Positions 60,148 through 64,000 of a DNA stretch of 64,000 bases are shown here, piece after piece. Where the stretch lies: assembly GCA_049966155.1 (NCBI GenBank), contig JBMFVE010000001.1:722169-786168 (forward strand), given 5' to 3'. The position numbers and the translations under genes were made by a program. The notes beneath the pieces are model-generated. The model was given only the letters and a program-made list of their open reading frames with translations, did not search any database and was not told the origin of the DNA. This DNA comes from Candidatus Kryptoniota bacterium (GTDB lineage: Bacteria; Bacteroidota; Ignavibacteria; Kryptoniales; JAKASW01). Within the stretch, counting starts at the first letter, position 1, and each line of letters opens with the position of its first letter.

Positions 60148-63100
60148 CATTTCTGAACTCCGTCATATCATCGAATCATCCAGTACACTCGATCGATTAG
60201 TAGACGAATTTCTACATGCTGGGCATAAATCAATACACATTACCAACAAACCTTTTCTAGCGTTTCTACTTACGAGACTTGTTTCAACATTCAACAGGCC
60301 TGTTGTGCTCATTGCTCAGGACCAGGAATGGCTCGACCAAATAGAATCGGATTTCATTTTATTATCTGATAGGAAGCCGATAAATCTCCTCGAAGAAAAC
60401 CAGTTGAACAGCGCTGGTGTTTACGATTTTCTTTCCGGTAATATCAACCTTTACACTGCTGAGTATAGCATTTTGCTCGCAGGTTTTCCAACTCTTCAAG
60501 CACTCGAGTCTTCCATCCTACATGTTTCGCTGGGGAAGACAATACAATACCAGGAATTAGTTTCATTATTAAAAGAATATAATTTCCAGCGAAAAGATTA
60601 TGTCGAAGAGATTGGCGACTTTGCAATAAGAGGGAGCATCGTAGATATCTTTCCAGAATCTGCAGAATATCCTGTCCGGGTTGATTTCTTTGGAGACACA
60701 GTAGAATCTATTCGCATCTTTGATCCGGTTACACAGCGCTCGATTAAAAAAGTCGAGTCGGCCACAATCTTTCCATTCCGCAAGAACCAATCCCACTCAA
60801 CATCACTTCTAAATTCATTTCCAGTTGGGACATTCATTATTATTCAGGAGCCGCACCTCTTCAAGGATTCTTACGGGGACAAAGGGGTTAAGATTCTGGA
60901 AGTACTGTCGAAGAATAACAACACTTTTTTCATAAATTTAATGCAGCATACACCTGTTGACTTAACGGTTAACGCCACTTCTCAATCTGGTCTCAACGGA
61001 AGAATCGACGCTGTAGCAAAAAAAATTCACGAAATGTATAGCAATGGATATCGCTTATTCGTTACATCATCCTCACGTCACCTTGAGCAAAACCTGATAA
61101 ACCTCATTTCAGAATATGATGATATATATTCAACATCAATACTAAATGAAATCCGTTTCGTTCAGGCTCCACTATCAGGCAGCCTGATCCTTCCAGAAGA
61201 CAAGATCGGAGTCCTGTCGGAACACGAGATATTTGGAAGACGGTCGGCATCACTTTCTCGAAAAGACAAAGCCAGGAAGTTTGTTGGGCTCCTCAGGAGA
61301 GATCTGCACATCCTCAAAAGAGGCGACTATTTAGTGCATGAAGATTACGGAATTGGAAAATTCATTGGACTGGAAAAACTCAAGATAGTCGAAAGCATCC
61401 AGGAGTGTGCTAAGCTTGAATACGCCGACGGGGATATCTTATACGTTAACGTAAACTACATTGGAAAGCTACAAAAGTACACTTCTGAAGATGGCTTTCA
61501 CCCAAAACTTAACAAGCTAGGCGGGGGAGATTGGGAAAACCTGAAAACCAAAGCAAAGGGGAAACTCAAACACATCACAAAAGATTTAATCCGACTTTAT
61601 GCTGAAAGAAAGAAAACAAAGGGGATCAAGTTTTCCGAAGATACGATATGGCAACACGAACTGGAGTCATCTTTTACTTACGAAGACACCCCAGATCAAC
61701 TGCGCTCGACGCTCGAGATTAAAAAGGATATGGAAAGCGAGACCCCAATGAACCGCCTCCTGTGCGGAGACGTCGGGTTTGGCAAAACTGAAATTGCTAT
61801 TCGGGCAGCATTCAAAGCAACAATGTCCGGTAAACAAGTAGCTGTACTTGTACCAACAACAATCCTTGCAGAACAACATTACAATACTTTTAAGGACAGG
61901 CTATCTCAATACGCAGTTGCAATTGATGTCATCTCCAGATTTCGGAAAAAGACAGAACAAAAAAGTATCCTTAAAGCCCTTGAAGCAGGAACCGTTGATA
62001 TTATCATAGGTACACACAGACTATTGTCCGACGACGTAAGCTTTCACGATCTCGGATTACTTATCATAGATGAGGAGCATCGATTTGGCGTGCAAGCAAA
62101 GGAAAAAATCCGACAGCTGCGTGCTAATGTTGACACGTTATACATGACCGCCACTCCGATTCCACGCACACTTTACATGTCGCTGTCATCTGCAATGGAC
62201 ATATCCATCCTGCAAACGCCACCAGCAAATAGACTTCCAATTGAAACCTTCGTAATAAATTTTGATCCTAAAATCATACAATCTGCAATAGAGCGAGAAC
62301 TAGCTCGCGGTGGACAGGTCTTCGTAGTCAGTGATTCGATAAAAGACCTATCCAGATTTGCTGACCTGGTTCGCCGTCGCGTCTTAGCAGCAAGGCTTGG
62401 AATCATTCATGGCAAAATGCCTTCCTCAGAGATTGAAAGAACAATGATTGCCTTCTTAAAAAAGAATCTCAATGTGCTGGTAGCGACCAAAATAATAGAA
62501 GCTGGAATTGACATTCCTTCAGTCAACACCCTGATTATCAATAACGCAGATCACTTTGGACTGGCGGAATTGTACCAGCTGCGCGGCCGCATTGGCAGAT
62601 CAAACATTCAGGCTTATGCTTATTTGATAGCAAAGCCTTTTTCCAATCTATCTCGTGACGCAGCCCGCAGGTTAATAGCTATTGAAGAGTTCAGTCAGCT
62701 CGGCTCCGGCTTTAACCTCGCCATGAGAGACCTTGAAATAAGGGGAGCTGGAAATCTGCTTGGAAGGGAACAAAGCGGTTTTATTAATAACATGGGATTC
62801 GAAATGTATAACAAGATATTAGAAGAGGCAGTAGAAGAAGCCCGATTCGAAGAGCACCTGGATGATCAACTGAATACTATTACGAGGAGGAAAGTAGAGC
62901 CTCAGTTAACTGTTGACGTCGACGCATTTATCCCTGATGATTATGTGTCAACCGATACTGAGAGATTTGACATTTACCGCAGACTTTCCAGGGCTACTTC
63001 CTATGCTGAAATTGATGACCTGTCTGAGGAGATGGCCGATAGATTTGGAAAACTACCACAGCCGACAGCAAATTTGCTGCTCATCATCAAAATCAAAATA

Positions 63101-63367
63101 AACCTCGAAGCACTTCATATACCGCGACTTGAAATGAAAGGAAACAAAGTCCGCCTCACTCTTCCACCAAACGATGAAGACTTTTACCGCACGATTTTCC
63201 CTGACTTGATGAATTCACTTGATGAGACCACCGATATTACTTATCGAGTCACACAGGAAAAATACGAGGTGAAAATTGAGATAGAATTCAAAAGGGTTCA
63301 AGAGGAGACGTCAAAGAAGTTAGAAAGCCTTGCTGGATTAGTCGAACACCTTAATAAAAAGACGTGA
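60122..63367 (+). CDS. mfd: Transcription-repair coupling factor
   Basis: UvrB-homology region, CarD-like domain, [39 protein letters not shown] domain. Confidence 0.96.
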   Translation: MKGSSIEIDISELRHIIESSSTLDRLVDEFLHAGHKSIHITNKPFLAFLLTRLVSTFNRPVVLIAQDQEWLDQIESDFILLSDRKPINLLEENQLNSAGVYDFLSGNINLYTAEYSILLAGFPTLQALESSILHVSLGKTIQYQELVSLLKEYNFQRKDYVEEIGDFAIRGSIVDIFPESAEYPVRVDFFGDTVESIRIFDPVTQRSIKKVESATIFPFRKNQSHSTSLLNSFPVGTFIIIQEPHLFKDSYGDKGVKILEVLSKNNNTFFINLMQHTPVDLTVNATSQSGLNGRIDAVAKKIHEMYSNGYRLFVTSSSRHLEQNLINLISEYDDIYSTSILNEIRFVQAPLSGSLILPEDKIGVLSEHEIFGRRSASLSRKDKARKFVGLLRRDLHILKRGDYLVHEDYGIGKFIGLEKLKIVESIQECAKLEYADGDILYVNVNYIGKLQKYTSEDGFHPKLNKLGGGDWENLKTKAKGKLKHITKDLIRLYAERKKTKGIKFSEDTIWQHELESSFTYEDTPDQLRSTLEIKKDMESETPMNRLLCGDVGFGKTEIAIRAAFKATMSGKQVAVLVPTTILAEQHYNTFKDRLSQYAVAIDVISRFRKKTEQKSILKALEAGTVDIIIGTHRLLSDDVSFHDLGLLIIDEEHRFGVQAKEKIRQLRANVDTLYMTATPIPRTLYMSLSSAMDISILQTPPANRLPIETFVINFDPKIIQSAIERELARGGQVFVVSDSIKDLSRFADLVRRRVLAARLGIIHGKMPSSEIERTMIAFLKKNLNVLVATKIIEAGIDIPSVNTLIINNADHFGLAELYQLRGRIGRSNIQAYAYLIAKPFSNLSRDAARRLIAIEEFSQLGSGFNLAMRDLEIRGAGNLLGREQSGFINNMGFEMYNKILEEAVEEARFEEHLDDQLNTITRRKVEPQLTVDVDAFIPDDYVSTDTERFDIYRRLSRATSYAEIDDLSEEMADRFGKLPQPTANLLLIIKIKINLEALHIPRLEMKGNKVRLTLPPNDEDFYRTIFPDLMNSLDETTDITYRVTQEKYEVKIEIEFKRVQEETSKKLESLAGLVEHLNKKT

Positions 63368-63480
63368 TAAGGATCCAGCAACGCCATAGAGCGTGTCAAT
63401 AAGGAGTTCAAATGACGAAAAATGATGCTGGCAAAACGTGTAGGACAAAGTTGGACTTAATTACGAAGGAAATCGTGACC

Positions 63481-63831
63481 ATGCAAGGTGGACATGTGGG
63501 CGGACCTGAGAAGGAAAAATCGCTCAGTAAAAAGAGCATTGCTCTAGCCGGAATACTAGCAATAATTGCGATACGCGTCGTTATCTTGACCTATTTAGGT
63601 AAATGCATAGACGTTGCCGCACTCCCCATCGGCAAACGCATCCCAATAGTCGATCTTGCAAGTCTTGCCGGAGAACAAACTAACACCATGAGTCTCAGGA
63701 ATAGTCCAACCAACGTCTTGATCTTCAGCGCGAGCTGTCCTCACTGCACTTCAATGTTGTCGGCATTCAACCGAATGAAGATGAAATACCCCGATGTTCT
63801 TCATTTTGTCGGGATATCACCGTTCCATTGA
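63481..63831 (+). pseudogene. Truncated membrane-anchored TlpA/redoxin-family protein
   Basis: TM, then LIFSASCPHC...FVGIS; stops midway through the thioredoxin fold. Start ATG 63481 (track 63412). Confidence 0.55.
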
Positions 63832-63852
63832 ATCATTCATGGAAGAGAAACA

Positions 63853-64000
63853 GTGAGACGGAGGAAAATATGCGCCGCAGCGGGTCTGTTGGCGCTTTTC
63901 ATACTTGTGGCAGGCCCAGCCGGTGCGGTATGCATCACCAGTTTGCCAAGCGCATTGCGGAGGGCAGAGGCGTGGTGGATAAATGCGAAGTACCTAGGCA
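63853..64000 (+). CDS. Hypothetical membrane/secreted protein, 5' fragment running off the window
   Basis: GTG start; RRRKICAAAGLLALFILVAG...AWWINAKYLG, open to the window end. Confidence 0.5.
   Translation, partial: MRRRKICAAAGLLALFILVAGPAGAVCITSLPSALRRAEAWWINAKYLG

Noticed and set aside
269-63101. The many 60-140 aa ORFs nested in or antisense to long genes
   Set aside because: They are shadows of well-supported CDSs and show no independent motifs.
1-64000. Genome-wide UGA reassignment (code 4/25) to explain the nirK TGA
   Set aside because: Conserved genes such as uvrC, mgtA, mnmE and mfd end at TGA at their expected C-termini, and the other long ORFs are uninterrupted.
1-64000. CRISPR array, tRNA, rRNA, transposase or integrase
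   Set aside because: No regularly spaced repeats, cloverleaf-like segments or recombinase motifs were seen by eye; intergenic gaps are short.

Overview
A 64-kb, densely coding bacterial chromosome segment in the standard genetic code. Gene content (ArgS with TVGH, BtuB plus BtuG-like lipoprotein, lamin-tail/FlgD protein, YfhO) suggests an FCB-group organism such as Ignavibacteria/Kryptonia; this is inference only. Housekeeping genes: pyrG (partial), uvrC, mce, ssb, argS, rsfS, mnmE, mnmG, murQ and mfd. Two parS sites flank mnmG, implying proximity to the origin. Accessory modules: (i) a group 3b NiFe-hydrogenase operon with an embedded stand-alone cNMP-binding protein; (ii) an output-less CxxCH/PAS sensor upstream of a four-lamin-tail secreted protein coupled to an SF1 helicase; (iii) a cobalamin-riboswitch B12-uptake operon with a truncated BtuF and a DUF6580-like membrane protein; (iv) porin plus mgtA; (v) a glycosylation cluster with a UbiA-DprE1-DprE2-like cassette next to a YfhO GT-C protein; (vi) a nirK-cytochrome c fusion operon whose signal-peptide region is cut off by an in-frame TGA, under a clear promoter and palindromic operator. 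Other oddities are an apparent AUU start in cobO and several gene remnants. No CRISPR array, rRNA, tRNA or transposase was seen. All calls come from motif reading by eye; no database searches were run.
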